From an uncultured Actinomycetes bacterium (GTDB lineage Bacteria; Actinomycetota; UBA4738; HRBIN12), in NCBI GenBank assembly GCA_963775735.1, contig CAVZKD010000007.1, positions 1,242,487 through 1,306,486 on the forward strand: a stretch of 64,000 nucleotides of DNA, written 5' to 3'. Under the pieces are notes generated by a model. It ran no database searches, was not told the origin of the DNA, and was given only the letters and a program-made list of their open reading frames with translations. Numbering within the stretch: position 1 is the stretch's first letter; the number at the start of each line of letters is the position of its first letter. Shown one piece after another: positions 49,191 through 58,611 of the stretch. The position numbers and the translations under genes are program-made.

Positions 49191-50483
49191 TCACGTCCTC
49201 GGCCAGAACAGGTCCAGCATCGCGCGCGGAGCGAAACGGGCCTGCGTCCAGATCCCGAGCCGTCGCTTCACGAACCACAGCAGCAGGAGCACCTGCACGA
49301 GGATCCCCACCGTGGTCGCGGCCGCCACACCGAGGACGCCGAACGGCCCAACCATCGCCAAGCCCGCGAGGGAGCTCACGGCGCCCGTGACGATGGTGAT
49401 GACCATCATCAGCTTCTGGTGTCCCGTCATCGTCAGCGCGTCCCCGCAGGGACCGACCAGCATGATGCTCAGGTACCCCACGCTCAGTACCGCCATCACG
49501 TCACTCGCCTGCCCGTAGGACGGCCCGTAGACGATGCTCAGGATGGAGCTCCCGAACGCCACGAAGAGCAGGAACAACGCGATGCTCGGCAGGCTCAGCC
49601 ATGCCGTGGCGATCCGCAAGGCCCGCTGCAGCTGGGGTCGGTCTCCCCGTTCGTGAAGCTCGGCGATGAGCGGCGGCACGACGGAATGCAGGACCAGCGC
49701 CGGGGCCGCGACCAACGCTGCCAGCCGGACGGCTGCACCGTAGAGGGCGACCTCGCGCTCGCCGAGGAACGCCCCGATGATCCAGACGTCCGTCCAGGTC
49801 GTGACCGCGAAGATCGCCAGCCCGGTCACCCCGATCGGCCACGTGAAGGAGAGCACCTCGCGGAGATCGAGTCGTGACCCCGGCTCGAGAGAGCCGATCC
49901 GGCGCCAGAGGAGGAGACCGGCGATCGTGAGGCTCGCGACGCTGGCCGCGACGGACAGGGCCAGCACGGGTTCCAGGGTGGCGTGCCCGACCGTGACCCA
50001 CATGACGAGCAGGACGATCGCGGTGAGCGAGCCGCTCGCGAGGCCCTCGAACAGGGTGGCAAGCCGGATGTCGTGCAGCCCTCGGAACACGCCGGAGACC
50101 ACGTTCTGGATCGTGAGGCTCACCACCCACGCGGCGATCAGCCACGAGACGCTCGCGAGCAGCGGCGATCCGAACACGTGCTCGGCGATCCAGGCGCCCG
50201 CGCCGGCCGCCAGGATCGCGCCCGCCGCCACGGCCCCGATGATGGACAACCGGAGGACGGCAACGATCGCCCCCCGCGCCCTGCCCGTGTCTCCCATGAC
50301 CAACGGCTTCGCGATCAGTGGGACCGCGGCCTGTCGAAGCCCCAGCTCGGCAGCCACGCTGGTCACGACCACCATGGAGGCGGCGAGGACGTAGGCCCCG
50401 AACGCGCTGGGGCTGAGGAGACGAGCCAGGAGCGCGCCGATGCCCACCGTCGCGACCGTCGAGACCACCTTGAGCGCGACCAC
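49191..50483 (-). CDS. oligosaccharide flippase (Wzx / MOP-superfamily, polysaccharide biosynthesis protein), start uncertain
   Basis: 12-TM protein. N-terminus ...LVAGSAWVVALKVVSTVATVGIGALLARLLSPSAFGAY fits the Wzx consensus. The only in-frame start near the expected N-terminus is GTG ~50483, and the conserved region begins ~10 codons upstream, so an indel near the G6 run at 50583-50588 may obscure the true start. Confidence 0.7.
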   Translation of the reverse strand: MVALKVVSTVATVGIGALLARLLSPSAFGAYVLAASMVVVTSVAAELGLRQAAVPLIAKPLVMGDTGRARGAIVAVLRLSIIGAVAAGAILAAGAGAWIAEHVFGSPLLASVSWLIAAWVVSLTIQNVVSGVFRGLHDIRLATLFEGLASGSLTAIVLLVMWVTVGHATLEPVLALSVAASVASLTIAGLLLWRRIGSLEPGSRLDLREVLSFTWPIGVTGLAIFAVTTWTDVWIIGAFLGEREVALYGAAVRLAALVAAPALVLHSVVPPLIAELHERGDRPQLQRALRIATAWLSLPSIALFLLFVAFGSSILSIVYGPSYGQASDVMAVLSVGYLSIMLVGPCGDALTMTGHQKLMMVITIVTGAVSSLAGLAMVGPFGVLGVAAATTVGILVQVLLLLWFVKRRLGIWTQARFAPRAMLDLFWPRT

Positions 50484-50560
50484 CCATGCGGAACCAGCGA
50501 CCAGACGCTGGCGAACCGAGTCCGAGAGGGTGGAGCTCGCTCGAGGAGAGATCTCGTCGG

Positions 50561-51898
50561 TCAGCCCGCGGCTCCCAACGATGGGGGGCGGGCCGCTCCG
50601 GCGCGGGACGGATCGCCGGTTCGAGCGTCGCTCAGACCCATCGTCATCATCACTCCGTACATGGCGAACAACGCTGCCGAGGTGCCGACGGTCTCGAGCA
50701 GGGAGTTGAAGGCCGCGACGACGAGCCAGGCGTTGAAGCCCACCAGCAGGACGCGCAGCAACGAAGCCTGAGCGCCGTTGCCGAGCATCCGCGCGTGGCG
50801 GATGTGCCGCAAGGTCCACAGGTTCGTGGCGACGGCCCAGGCCGCGAAGAGGGCAACTGCCAGAACGCCTCCGCCGAGGGCGAGGTTGAGGTAGTCCTGG
50901 TGGAGGGCGAGCCGAGTGGGCACACCTTCCAGCTCGATCGGGACGGTCATCTCTCCGGTGAACGCATGACCGACGAGCGGAGAGGCCCTGATCTGCTCGA
51001 TCCCCTGGGTCCACAGATCGAGCCGGGTGTCGACGTTACTCGTCTTCCCCACATCTCGGAAGTACGATTGCGCCAAGGAGACCGTCCCGCCCAGGTTCAA
51101 CAGGCCGACGGTCACCACCACCGCAGCCGCGAGTCCCACGACGTACGCCCGAGCCGGCGAGGCGTGGGGCCTCGTCACGAACAGGGTCACGGCTGCAACG
51201 ACCAGGACGAACACGTACGTGCCGGCCGGATACCTCGAGTAGATGTACACGGCCAGGACCGAGAGAACGAGGGTGCGAAGTGCCAGGCGACGCTCGATCG
51301 CTGCTGCGATGGCGATCGCGAGGAAGAACGCCTTCCAGTGGCCGAACGACTCGAAGGTCCACGAGTCGAACGCACCAGCACTCGCGAGGCCTTGGAGGAG
51401 GACGTAGAGCAGACCGATGTTCGAGAGGGACCGGAGCAGGCGGCCCGCCTCATCACGGGTCACCGGCTGGGTGGTCACCAGGTACGGAAGCCCGATGAGC
51501 ATCGGAAGGAAGATCGGGAAGGCCGAGGTATCCGTGTTCAAGAAGAGCCGGCCGTACATCGAACCGAGCAGACCGCACGCCGCGAGCGTCAACAACATCA
51601 GGTCCGTGCTCGCCGGCCGTCGGATCAGCGGTGACGGGCTGGTCGCGAACAGGGCCAGCGCGGTGGCGATGGGGATCCCGAGCAGCAGGTACCGGAGGCC
51701 GACGCCCGCCTGCAACGCCGACGCTCGCCCGAACGCGTCGATGATGTCGATGACCACGAGGAACAGGACCAGGAGCAGCGACCGCGAGAAGATGAACGAG
51801 TCGGTCTCGGAGGGCCACGGATGGTCGACCGCGAGCGGGATCGCCCGATCGCCACGCGCGACGATCACGTCGCCGCTCCCGCCGGAGATCCCGTGCAT
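50561..51898 (-). CDS. O-antigen ligase / polymerase-family membrane protein (Wzy-like)
   Basis: 445 aa, 10-12 TM, with a central large periplasmic loop (O-antigen ligase domain pattern). Confidence 0.7.
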   Translation of the reverse strand: MHGISGGSGDVIVARGDRAIPLAVDHPWPSETDSFIFSRSLLLVLFLVVIDIIDAFGRASALQAGVGLRYLLLGIPIATALALFATSPSPLIRRPASTDLMLLTLAACGLLGSMYGRLFLNTDTSAFPIFLPMLIGLPYLVTTQPVTRDEAGRLLRSLSNIGLLYVLLQGLASAGAFDSWTFESFGHWKAFFLAIAIAAAIERRLALRTLVLSVLAVYIYSRYPAGTYVFVLVVAAVTLFVTRPHASPARAYVVGLAAAVVVTVGLLNLGGTVSLAQSYFRDVGKTSNVDTRLDLWTQGIEQIRASPLVGHAFTGEMTVPIELEGVPTRLALHQDYLNLALGGGVLAVALFAAWAVATNLWTLRHIRHARMLGNGAQASLLRVLLVGFNAWLVVAAFNSLLETVGTSAALFAMYGVMMTMGLSDARTGDPSRAGAARPPSLGAAG

Positions 51899-51909
51899 CA
51901 GCTCGCCCG

Positions 51910-53418
51910 TCAGTACGCGCCTCGTCGTGAGAGGAGCGCCGGGACGGTCTTGGCGAGGATGAACAGGTCGAAGGACAAGGACCAGTTCTCGATGTAGAAG
52001 AGGTCACGCCGGATGCTCCTGTCGAACGACAGCTCGCTCCTGCCCTCGACCTGCCAGAGCCCGGTCACCCCGGGCGCGACTTCGAGTCGGGCGTGATGCC
52101 AATCGGCGTAGCGGCGGACCTCCCGCGGGAGCGGGGGTCGAGGACCGACAAGGCTCATGTCGCCCTTCAGGACGTTGATGAGCTGGGGAAGCTCGTCGAG
52201 GCTCCACCTGCGCAGCCACCGCCCGACCCGCGTGACCCTCGGATCGTCACGGATCTTGAACAGTGGCCCGTCGGCCTCGTTCCGATCGTGGAGATCGAGA
52301 AGCATCGCCTCTGCACCCTTGACCATCGTGCGGAACTTCAACAGGGTGAACGTTCGTCCTTGGCGCCCGACACGCACCTGGCGGAAGAAGATCGGCCCTC
52401 CCGAACTGACACCGATCGCGACGACGATCCCCACGGTCAGGGGGATCGTCACGACCAGAAGGATGGAAGCGAGCAGGAGGTCCATCGCGCGCTTGGCTGC
52501 CGCTTGGCCACCGGAGAGCGTCGCCGACCGCAGGGAGACGACGGTGAGGTCACGCAGCGGCTGCACGGTCAGCCGCGTGGGAAGGACGTACGGGAGGTTG
52601 GCCGACAACCTCAGCTCGATCCTTTCGAGCCGGGATGCCTTCGCGATCTGCGACATGACATCGGGGGTCACGGCCGATGAGGCGACGAAGACGCAGTCCA
52701 CGGCCAGGTCCTCGATGACACCGCGAAGGGCGTCGACGTCGCGGGCGGCCTCCGGTGGGACGCGCACGATCGACGCATCCGCTCGATGTCCCGCCGTTCC
52801 GTCACCGGTCGGCACGATGCCGACCGCTCGGAACCCGAGGCTCGGGCGCCGGAAGGCGCCCAGGAGCGTCATCGCCTCCTCGTTGGCTCCGACGACGAGC
52901 GTTCGGTACGCCAATCGACCATCGCTGCGCATGCGCCCCAGCACGCGGTGCCATCGCTGTCGGGACGCGAGACACAACACCGTGGCGAGGGCCCATGTGA
53001 GACCGAGCCAGAGGCGGGAGAACGGCAACTGCGACCAATAGCTGAACAAGGCGATGACGGCGGCGCCCACGCCCAGTGCGGCGATGAGGCGGCGGAACTC
53101 TTCCGCTGGGCTCATGTGTTGGATCGAGTAGAGACGGAAGGAACAGAAGACGCCGATCAATAGGACGATCGCGATGGCGATGTGGAGCCCGAGTGTCGTG
53201 GACACCCCACGGACGCCGAAACGCGCGAGGTAGGCGACGAACATCGCGACCACGAGTGACAGGCAGTCGGTCGCGGCCATCCAACGGGAGATCGTCCGGT
53301 AGCGGGGCAGGACGTCGGACCGCAGCTCGACCAGGTCGAACTCGGGCCCGGGGAGGCCCGCCCGCTGTGGCCTCGAGGTTGCGCCTTCGCTCATGCCCTC
53401 GTCCTGACTACGCGCCAT
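51910..53418 (-). CDS. undecaprenyl-phosphate hexose-1-phosphate transferase (WbaP/sugar transferase family, initiating enzyme)
   Basis: 502 aa. 4-5 N-terminal TM, C-terminal bacterial sugar-transferase domain (AMDLLLASILLVV...GPIFFRQVRVGRQGRTFTLLKFRTM...SLVGPRP). Confidence 0.85.
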   Translation of the reverse strand: MARSQDEGMSEGATSRPQRAGLPGPEFDLVELRSDVLPRYRTISRWMAATDCLSLVVAMFVAYLARFGVRGVSTTLGLHIAIAIVLLIGVFCSFRLYSIQHMSPAEEFRRLIAALGVGAAVIALFSYWSQLPFSRLWLGLTWALATVLCLASRQRWHRVLGRMRSDGRLAYRTLVVGANEEAMTLLGAFRRPSLGFRAVGIVPTGDGTAGHRADASIVRVPPEAARDVDALRGVIEDLAVDCVFVASSAVTPDVMSQIAKASRLERIELRLSANLPYVLPTRLTVQPLRDLTVVSLRSATLSGGQAAAKRAMDLLLASILLVVTIPLTVGIVVAIGVSSGGPIFFRQVRVGRQGRTFTLLKFRTMVKGAEAMLLDLHDRNEADGPLFKIRDDPRVTRVGRWLRRWSLDELPQLINVLKGDMSLVGPRPPLPREVRRYADWHHARLEVAPGVTGLWQVEGRSELSFDRSIRRDLFYIENWSLSFDLFILAKTVPALLSRRGAY

Positions 53419-53582
53419 CGGGGGGTGAGGCTTGCTATCAGGTTGAGCTGGCCACTCGATCTTGAACGCGCACCGCGCACTACGCTAGGCAACCGTCGCC
53501 CTGAACGTCAACCAGCCGCATCCCGAGATCGCTTGTCCGGGAGTCTTTCCCCAGCGCTTCCAGCCCCAACCATGCGCGGGCG

Positions 53583-54449
53583 ATGGGCCCCTGGGACCTC
53601 AAGCGCCGATCCCGTGAGGTCGAAACCCAGGATGTGAAGCTCTGTCCCCACTGTGAGGCCGAGCTCAGAGCCTCGGTCATCCGCTGTACGGCCTGCGGAC
53701 GCAGCCTGGTCGCCGGGCCCGAGGACACCACCGTCGGGGCCGTACAGCGCACGGCCGTGGGCGTCGGATCGCCCTCACCACCGCCCCAACACACGCCTCC
53801 CGCGACTCCTCACAGCCCATGGGCGGAACCAGCGGGATCGCGGCCGGGATCCTCGATGTCGGACCTCGCGACCCGCCGTTCACTTCCCGCGACCAGGCGG
53901 TCATGGGGTCCAGACCCCGCCATGTTGTGCGCGGGGATCGCGGGGGTGATCACCGGCGTCCTCGCCTACCTCGCCGTCGCGGATCGCTGGGTGCATCTGA
54001 CCGTCACGGTCGCTCCAACCGAGCTCGAGGAGGGTCAGATCCTGCAGCTCACGCTGCGGGCCGGTGTCGCAACGATCGGAACGATCGCCACCGTGCTCGC
54101 GATCGCGCTCGTCGCGTTCGGAGCCGTGTGGTTCTGCTTCGGTCTCCAGCGCGGGTGGACGATGCCCGGGATCACGAACCCGCTGTTCGCGATGCTCCTC
54201 ACGATCGCGGGGATTGCGGTGGCCTTCCTGTCCGCGATGGTCTGGTACGTCTGGGAGGAGGCGATGGTGCAACGGGCGCCGCGCGCCGGCCTATCGCCTC
54301 GCGCCATGCGCGAACTCCTGGATCAGCAGCCGAACCCCGGCATCGCGATCGAACGGCTCTCGGGTCTGGTCACGTTCGGGGGGATGATGGCGCTCGGCCT
54401 GGTCACGGCCTGCTTCGCCTGGTGGGCATACCGCCGGCGGGAGGGGTAA
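53583..54449 (+). CDS. zinc-ribbon membrane protein (hypothetical)
   Basis: CPHCEAEL...CTACG zinc ribbon, Pro-rich linker, then 4 TM helices. Start may be internal (GTG ~53637). Confidence 0.45.
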   Translation: MGPWDLKRRSREVETQDVKLCPHCEAELRASVIRCTACGRSLVAGPEDTTVGAVQRTAVGVGSPSPPPQHTPPATPHSPWAEPAGSRPGSSMSDLATRRSLPATRRSWGPDPAMLCAGIAGVITGVLAYLAVADRWVHLTVTVAPTELEEGQILQLTLRAGVATIGTIATVLAIALVAFGAVWFCFGLQRGWTMPGITNPLFAMLLTIAGIAVAFLSAMVWYVWEEAMVQRAPRAGLSPRAMRELLDQQPNPGIAIERLSGLVTFGGMMALGLVTACFAWWAYRRREG

Positions 54450-54455
54450 ACCCGC

Positions 54456-54722
54456 TCAAAGCTCGGGCCAGGACCTTCCGGTCCCCTTCACCAGATAGGC
54501 CTTCGCGTTGGGGTCGTACCCCCATCGGTACGGGAGGTCGACCTTCGTGCGGCACTTCGTGCAGATGAACGCCCGCCAGCGCTTGCTGACGGCCTGGACG
54601 AACGAGCAGCTCGTGCACAGGATGAAACCGACCTCCGCCGCGCACGTGAAGCAGTGGTACTCGTTGACATCGTCCGCCACCATCTGCGGTGTCAGGCACC
54701 AGGGACATGTGAGGTAGGCCAC
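54456..54722 (-). CDS. small double-zinc-ribbon protein (4x CxxC)
   Basis: 88 aa. CPWC...CFTC...CTSC...CTKC pairs. Good GC3 codon bias. Confidence 0.45.
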   Translation of the reverse strand: MAYLTCPWCLTPQMVADDVNEYHCFTCAAEVGFILCTSCSFVQAVSKRWRAFICTKCRTKVDLPYRWGYDPNAKAYLVKGTGRSWPEL

Positions 54723-54724
54723 GC

Positions 54725-55222
54725 CTAGCCGCCCGCCGAGGGGTCGGGCTCGGACAGGATCCTCGCGGCCTGCTCCTTGCGATGTTGCCGAACCGCGTCG
54801 GCCAGGTCCGGATGGGACCTGGCGAGGATCTGCGTCGCCAAGATCGCGGCGTTCACGGCACCGGCCTTCCCAACGGCCAGCACCCCGACGGGGATGCCCC
54901 CGGGCATCTGCACCATCGACAGCAGGGAGTCAAGACCGCCGAGCAGCTTCGACTCCATGGGCACGCCCAGCACGGGCAGCGTGGTCTGCGCCGCCACCAC
55001 CCCCGGCAGTGCGGCCGCCATCCCCGCGGCCGCGATGAAGACCTCGACACCTCGGGCCTCGCCGTCGGTGATCCACTCGGAGAGCTCGGCCGGCGTCCGA
55101 TGTGCCGAGAGCACGCGGGTCTCGAACGGAACGCCGAGGGCCTGCAGCTGCGTGGCGCAGTGCTGCATCGTCTCCCAGTCGGACGCCGACCCCATCACGA
55201 CGCCCACGAGTGGCTCGGTCAC
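54725..55222 (-). CDS. purE: N5-carboxyaminoimidazole ribonucleotide mutase
   Basis: GTG ~55222 with gaaggga RBS. VGVVMGSASDW...AHRTP...GVEVFIAAAGMAAALPGVVAAQTTLPVLGVP, canonical PurE. Confidence 0.85.
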   Translation of the reverse strand: MTEPLVGVVMGSASDWETMQHCATQLQALGVPFETRVLSAHRTPAELSEWITDGEARGVEVFIAAAGMAAALPGVVAAQTTLPVLGVPMESKLLGGLDSLLSMVQMPGGIPVGVLAVGKAGAVNAAILATQILARSHPDLADAVRQHRKEQAARILSEPDPSAGG

Positions 55223-55280
55223 TTCATCCCTTCGGCCGCTGAGCGTGGGAAGTGTAGTCGGGCAGGTCGCAGGCTTCGTG

Positions 55281-57182
55281 ATGCCCGATCCGGGGTGTAG
55301 AACAGGCTCCGTGAGTGTCATCGGCTCCGAGATCGCCGGCTACCGGATCGAGTCCGAGATCGGTCGCGGCGGCATGGGGGTGGTCTATCTCGCTACACAA
55401 ACCTTCCCCGAGCGCAAGGTTGCGTTGAAGCTGCTGTCCCCCGACCTCGCGGCCGATCCGGCGTTCCGGGAACGGTTCGTCCGCGAGTCCAACGCCGCCG
55501 CCTCCACCGAGCATCCGAACATCGTGCCGGTCTACGGCGCCGGCGAGGCGGACGGGCAGCTGTATCTCGCGATGCGCAACATCGATGGGACGGACCTCCG
55601 CACCCTTCTGGAGCGAGAGGGGCCGTTCGAACCCGAGCGGGCGGCTCGGATCTGTGCAGAGGTAGCCGAGGCGCTGGAGGCGGCACACGAGCGTGGGTTG
55701 GTCCACCGTGACGTCAAGCCCGGAAACGTGTTGCTGGACGCTCGGGAGCGAGCGTACCTGAGCGACTTCGGGCTGATCCGTCGGACACGCATCGACACCG
55801 GGATCACGAAGACCGGGCAGTTCATGGGCACGGTCGACTACGTGGCGCCCGAGCAGATCAAGGGCGGCGAGCTCGACGGACGGGCCGACGTCTACTCGCT
55901 CGGGTGCGTCCTGTACGAGTGCCTCGTCGGAGCACCGCCGTTCCGGCGGGACTCCGAGGTCGCCACGATGTACGCGCAGCTCGAGGAGCCCGTGCCGCCG
56001 CCCAGCTCGAAGCGACCCGGGGTTCCTCGCTCACTCGATCAGGTGGTCGCTCGAGCCACTGCGAAGCGGCCCGACGACCGGTTCGCGACCGCAGGCGGGA
56101 TGGCCGAGACGCTTCGGGGCGGGGCGCCGCGTTCGAACGGCGCATCGAAGGGACGCGCAGGGCGACGTACGCGATCGTGGATGGGTCTCCTCGCCGCGGC
56201 TCTGGTGGCGGGCGTCGCTGTGGTCGTTGCTCTCAACGTCGTGCGAGATGGCCGAACGGCCGACACGGCACCATCGTCGTCGCCCAGCCCCACCATCACA
56301 CCGATCCCCTTGAACTCCGTCGCGCAGCTGGACGTGGACTCGCGAGAGATCCTCCAGCTCAGCGAGGGACTCTCGGCGGCTTTCGGGAACGAGTTGCCGG
56401 AAGTCGACTTCGGTGAAGGAGGGGTCTGGGTCCTGCGAGGGCAGAACCTCACGCATCTCGACCCGCTCGACGCCTCGACGATCGGCACGATCACGATCGA
56501 CTTCGGCGGCGCCTCACTCGACGTCGGGCTCCGAACCGTGTGGGTCGGCGCACCACCCGGGGTCGTTCGGATCGATCCGATCGACGACCAGAACCTGCGT
56601 CCGGTCCGACTCCCCAACACCGGGATCTTCCTCGCGACCGAGGTGACGATCGGCGCGTCGAACGCGTGGGTGGTGCAGGAGAACGGCGAGCTCAGCAGGG
56701 TGGACGGTTCGACCGGAAGGATCATCGAGCGCGTCGACGTGGGCCCGTTCGCGACCGGCATCGCCTCCGGGTTCGAGAGCCTGTGGGTGATCGACGAACT
56801 CGAAGGGACCCTGACCCGCGTCGACGCCGGGGACATGGTCGTGGACGACCCCGTCCCGGTCACCGGCGATCTCGACGACATCGCGGCCGGAGCCGGCGCC
56901 GTCTGGCTTCTCGACTCCGAAGCCGGCGTCGTGACACCGTACGATCCACTCGCCGGTCAGTTGGACTCACCGATCCGCGTGGGTCTCGAGCCCTCCGACG
57001 TTACGGTCGGGCTGGACGCGGTGTGGGTCGCCAACCACGGCGACGGCACGATCTCCCGGATCGATCCGGTCACGAGGCAGGTGGAGACGATCACGATCGG
57101 GTCACCGGTCGCGGCGATCACGGTCGACGAGTCCACGAACAGCCTGTGGATCGTGATCGCCGAGAGGCCCAGCGAGGGTTAG
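55281..57182 (+). CDS. serine/threonine protein kinase with TM segment and C-terminal extracellular beta-propeller-like repeat domain
   Basis: IGRGGMGVVYLA...ALK...HRDVKPGNVLL...DFGL...APE. TM LLAAALVAGVAVVVAL. C-terminus has ~6 repeats of ...G..P..I....VWV.. (YVTN/NHL-like). Confidence 0.8.
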   Translation: MPDPGCRTGSVSVIGSEIAGYRIESEIGRGGMGVVYLATQTFPERKVALKLLSPDLAADPAFRERFVRESNAAASTEHPNIVPVYGAGEADGQLYLAMRNIDGTDLRTLLEREGPFEPERAARICAEVAEALEAAHERGLVHRDVKPGNVLLDARERAYLSDFGLIRRTRIDTGITKTGQFMGTVDYVAPEQIKGGELDGRADVYSLGCVLYECLVGAPPFRRDSEVATMYAQLEEPVPPPSSKRPGVPRSLDQVVARATAKRPDDRFATAGGMAETLRGGAPRSNGASKGRAGRRTRSWMGLLAAALVAGVAVVVALNVVRDGRTADTAPSSSPSPTITPIPLNSVAQLDVDSREILQLSEGLSAAFGNELPEVDFGEGGVWVLRGQNLTHLDPLDASTIGTITIDFGGASLDVGLRTVWVGAPPGVVRIDPIDDQNLRPVRLPNTGIFLATEVTIGASNAWVVQENGELSRVDGSTGRIIERVDVGPFATGIASGFESLWVIDELEGTLTRVDAGDMVVDDPVPVTGDLDDIAAGAGAVWLLDSEAGVVTPYDPLAGQLDSPIRVGLEPSDVTVGLDAVWVANHGDGTISRIDPVTRQVETITIGSPVAAITVDESTNSLWIVIAERPSEG

Positions 57183-58591
57183 GCTCCGCCCAGCCGCTCG
57201 CCGATCTCGGCGGCGACGTCCACGAGCGCGAGCACGTCCTCCTCGGTCGTTCGGAAGTTGACGAAGCACGGACGCAGCCAGACCTCGTCGTCGATCAGCG
57301 CGCTCGCGATCCAGAACCGCCCGTCCGCCTGGAGCGCGTCCGCGAGGTGCTGGTTGTGCGCGTTCACGTCCCCGACGCCATCCGGCACGTGCCGGAACGG
57401 CACGATCGAGAGCCTCGGCTCCCCGAGCGCCTCGAAGTCCCGTCGCGCCGCCACCGTCTCGTACAGGAGCGTCGCCTCGGCCAGGTTCTGAGCGATCGCC
57501 TGGCGGAACTCCGCGGCGCCGTGCGCCCGCATCGCGACCCAGAGCTTCAACGCTCGGAACGGGCGTGAATACTCGAAGGTGATGTCCACGGCGTGCAGCT
57601 CGTAGCGCTGGTGCGGGAGGTATCCCTGCTCGTGCCCGAACGACGCCACGAGGTCTTCCTGCCGGCGGACCAACACGATCCCACACGCCTTCGGCAGGTA
57701 CAGCCACTTGTGCGCGTCCACGGACACCGACTGCGCCCGCTCGAACCCGCGGAACAGCTCGGGCCGCACGGACGCGGCGGGCAGCCCGTACGCGCCGTCG
57801 ACGTGCAGCCAGACGCCGCGCTCCTCACAGACGTCGGCGACCTCGGCGAGCGGGTCGATCGCGCCGGTGAGCGTCGTCCCGGCGGTCGCGACGACCGCGA
57901 TCGGCGTGATGCCGTCCGCTCGATCGGTGTCGATCTCCCGCGCGAGCAGGTCCGGGCGCATCCCCCGTTCGGGGCCGAGCGGGATCGCGCGCAGGTTCCG
58001 CGAGCCGATCCCGAGCGTCTCGATCGCCCGCGTGATCGAGTAGTGGACCTCTTCCGAACAGTACACGGCCGTTCGGTGGCCCTCGAGCCCCTCGAACCGG
58101 CTCTTCGGCAGCGCGAACTCGCGCGCGGCGGCCAGCGCGCTCGTGTTCGAGACCGTCCCGCCACTCGTGAACGCACCTGCGCAGTCCGGCGGGTACCCGA
58201 TGAACTCGGCCGTCCACCGCACGGCCTGGTTCTCGATCTCGGTCGCGGCCTTCGCGTCGACCGCGAGGTTGATGTCGTAGGTGTGCGCGAGCAGGTCGGC
58301 GATCGTGCCGATCTCCAGCCCGCTCGAACCGATGAACGCGAAGTACCGCGGCCGCGGCTGCGCGATCGACTCATCGAGGATCCGGGCGGCGTCGTCCAGC
58401 GCCTCGTGGACCGAGACCGGCTCCTGCGGCAACCCGGCCCGCATGAGCGACCGCACCCGCTCGTCGAGCGCGGGCTCCTCCGGCCGGAACCGGTCGAACG
58501 AACGCCAGGCCTCGGTGACCAGCTTGACCGCGTGCTCGAGCGCCTCTTCTCGAGGAGCGTCCAACCGGAGCGGTCGCTCGGGATCGGTCAC
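57179..58591 (-). CDS. PLP-dependent amino-acid decarboxylase (group II)
   Basis: GTG ~58591. TSGGTVSNTSALAAAR...SVDAHKWLYLPKACG (PLP-lysine HK motif). Confidence 0.8.
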   Translation of the reverse strand: MTDPERPLRLDAPREEALEHAVKLVTEAWRSFDRFRPEEPALDERVRSLMRAGLPQEPVSVHEALDDAARILDESIAQPRPRYFAFIGSSGLEIGTIADLLAHTYDINLAVDAKAATEIENQAVRWTAEFIGYPPDCAGAFTSGGTVSNTSALAAAREFALPKSRFEGLEGHRTAVYCSEEVHYSITRAIETLGIGSRNLRAIPLGPERGMRPDLLAREIDTDRADGITPIAVVATAGTTLTGAIDPLAEVADVCEERGVWLHVDGAYGLPAASVRPELFRGFERAQSVSVDAHKWLYLPKACGIVLVRRQEDLVASFGHEQGYLPHQRYELHAVDITFEYSRPFRALKLWVAMRAHGAAEFRQAIAQNLAEATLLYETVAARRDFEALGEPRLSIVPFRHVPDGVGDVNAHNQHLADALQADGRFWIASALIDDEVWLRPCFVNFRTTEEDVLALVDVAAEIGERLGGA

Positions 58592-58611
58592 GGTCGGATG
58601 GTACCCGCGAC

